64,000 nucleotides of DNA from Eledone cirrhosa (taxonomy: Eukaryota): positions 43,338,001 to 43,402,000 of the forward strand of contig OZ024752.1 in the NCBI GenBank assembly GCA_964016885.1. Direction: 5' to 3'. Below the pieces are notes generated by a model, which ran no database searches, was not told where the DNA came from, and was given only the letters and a program-made list of their open reading frames with translations. Every line of letters starts with the position of its first letter. The stretch's first letter is position 1. Positions 62,862 to 64,000 of the stretch are shown here, one piece after another. The position numbers were made by a program, and so were the translations under genes.

Positions 62862-63360
62862 TGGGAGAGAGAGAAATTACCCTCAGTAGATCAGACAGAG
62901 GGACCAGCTATTGAGATTAACGAATATAGGGTCCAAGAGGCGATTAAGGAAATGAAAAATGGTGAGGCTGCTGGACCATCGGAGATAGTTGCTGAGATGC
63001 TGAAGGCCTCAGGGGACGTAGGCACTAAACTGGTTGCACACATCATCAATCAGGCTATATATGGCAGTGTCATACCCAAAGACTAGTGCAAAAGTAAAGG
63101 GGACGCTCTTGAGAGGAGAAATTATAGGGATATAAAACTGATGGATCAGGTTATGAAAGTGGCAGAAAGGATATTAGCACAACTAATTAGAGAAAGGGTC
63201 AAACTAGATGAGATGCAGTTTGGTTTTGTGCCTGGGAATAGTACAACAGATGCCCTCTTCTTGATGAGACAATTACAAGAGAGGTTCTTAGAGAAAAATA
63301 AGCCACTATACTTAGCCTTTGTTGACCTAGAGAAGGCCTTTGATAGGGGTACCCCGATCT
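62862..63360 (+). mobile_element. RTE LINE RT fragment
   Basis: MKNGEAAGPSEIVAEMLK; QFGFVPG.STTDALF..RQLQE...AFVDLEKAFDR. Confidence 0.88.
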
Positions 63361-63633
63361 GTCATCTTATTATTTAACCTATAAATGGGGCCCTAACAGG
63401 TACTACTACACCAGGCCAGAGCAGATCTGGGAGTTATGACAACTAAGGGGGTAACTCCACGTTCCCCACAGTTCCTCCTGAACTTGAGCCTTGCCACTGG
63501 ATGTAGTTTAATGTCATACCCAGGACAAATATATACATACATATATATATACATACACACATATATATATATATATATACATATATACAAATATATATAT
63601 GCGTACGAAAGTGTGGTTACATGATGCCTATGC

Positions 63634-64000
63634 GAGATGTGCGACCCTGCATGGTAGTGAGACATGGACAGCAACTGCAGAGGGTATGCGATGGCTGGAG
63701 AGAAATGAAGCAAGCACGCTCCGTTGGATGTGCAATGTCAATGTGCGGGAACGACCAAGCATAAACGAGTTGAGAGAGAAACTGTGTTTAAGAGGGATAA
63801 GTTGTGGTGTGCAAGAGGGGACTGAGATGGTATGGACATGTGATGCGCATGGAGGTTGAGCGCTGGGTAAAGAAGGGAGACGCAGTAGAGGAAGACCACG
63901 AAAAACATGGGTGGAGGTGGTGAGAGCCGACTTCAGATCGCTGAAACTCACCAAGGAGATGACGAAGGACCGTGACAAGTGAAGAGATGCTTTGCTCAAG
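63634..64000 (+). mobile_element. RTE LINE 3' end, near-identical to 59984-60350
   Basis: Offset 3650, few substitutions. Confidence 0.88.

Overview
AT-rich eukaryotic DNA, very likely a coleoid cephalopod (octopus-like). This is inferred from the (TA)n microsatellite load, tRNA-derived SINEs with RTE-type tails, RTE LINE debris and TTAGGG telomeric repeats. A 200-N gap (17158-17357) splits the window. Left of it lie the 5' end of a minus-strand gene (proline-rich first coding exon 5166-5395; probable non-coding exon ending at 11558), satellites and decayed retroelements, including a CRE-clade fragment. Right of it are ~3.85 kb of (CCCTAA)n grading into variant repeats, a motif-rich cap and a ~5-kb-unit subtelomeric tandem array built from fold-back modules and LINE fragments. 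Helitron, R4-like, Tx1/L1 and RTE remnants follow. The most interesting hidden signal is a set of type I hammerhead-ribozyme folds from at least four sequence-distinct short repeat families (canonical CUGAUGA and CUGAAGA cores, a U3-A8 covariant and a U4A variant). Most sit in inverted repeats of the Penelope-like kind. One lies in a ~208-nt direct-repeat unit that resembles a non-LTR retrozyme (circRNA-producing element). All structures were folded by eye. Most ORFs in the supplied track are microsatellite or telomere artefacts.
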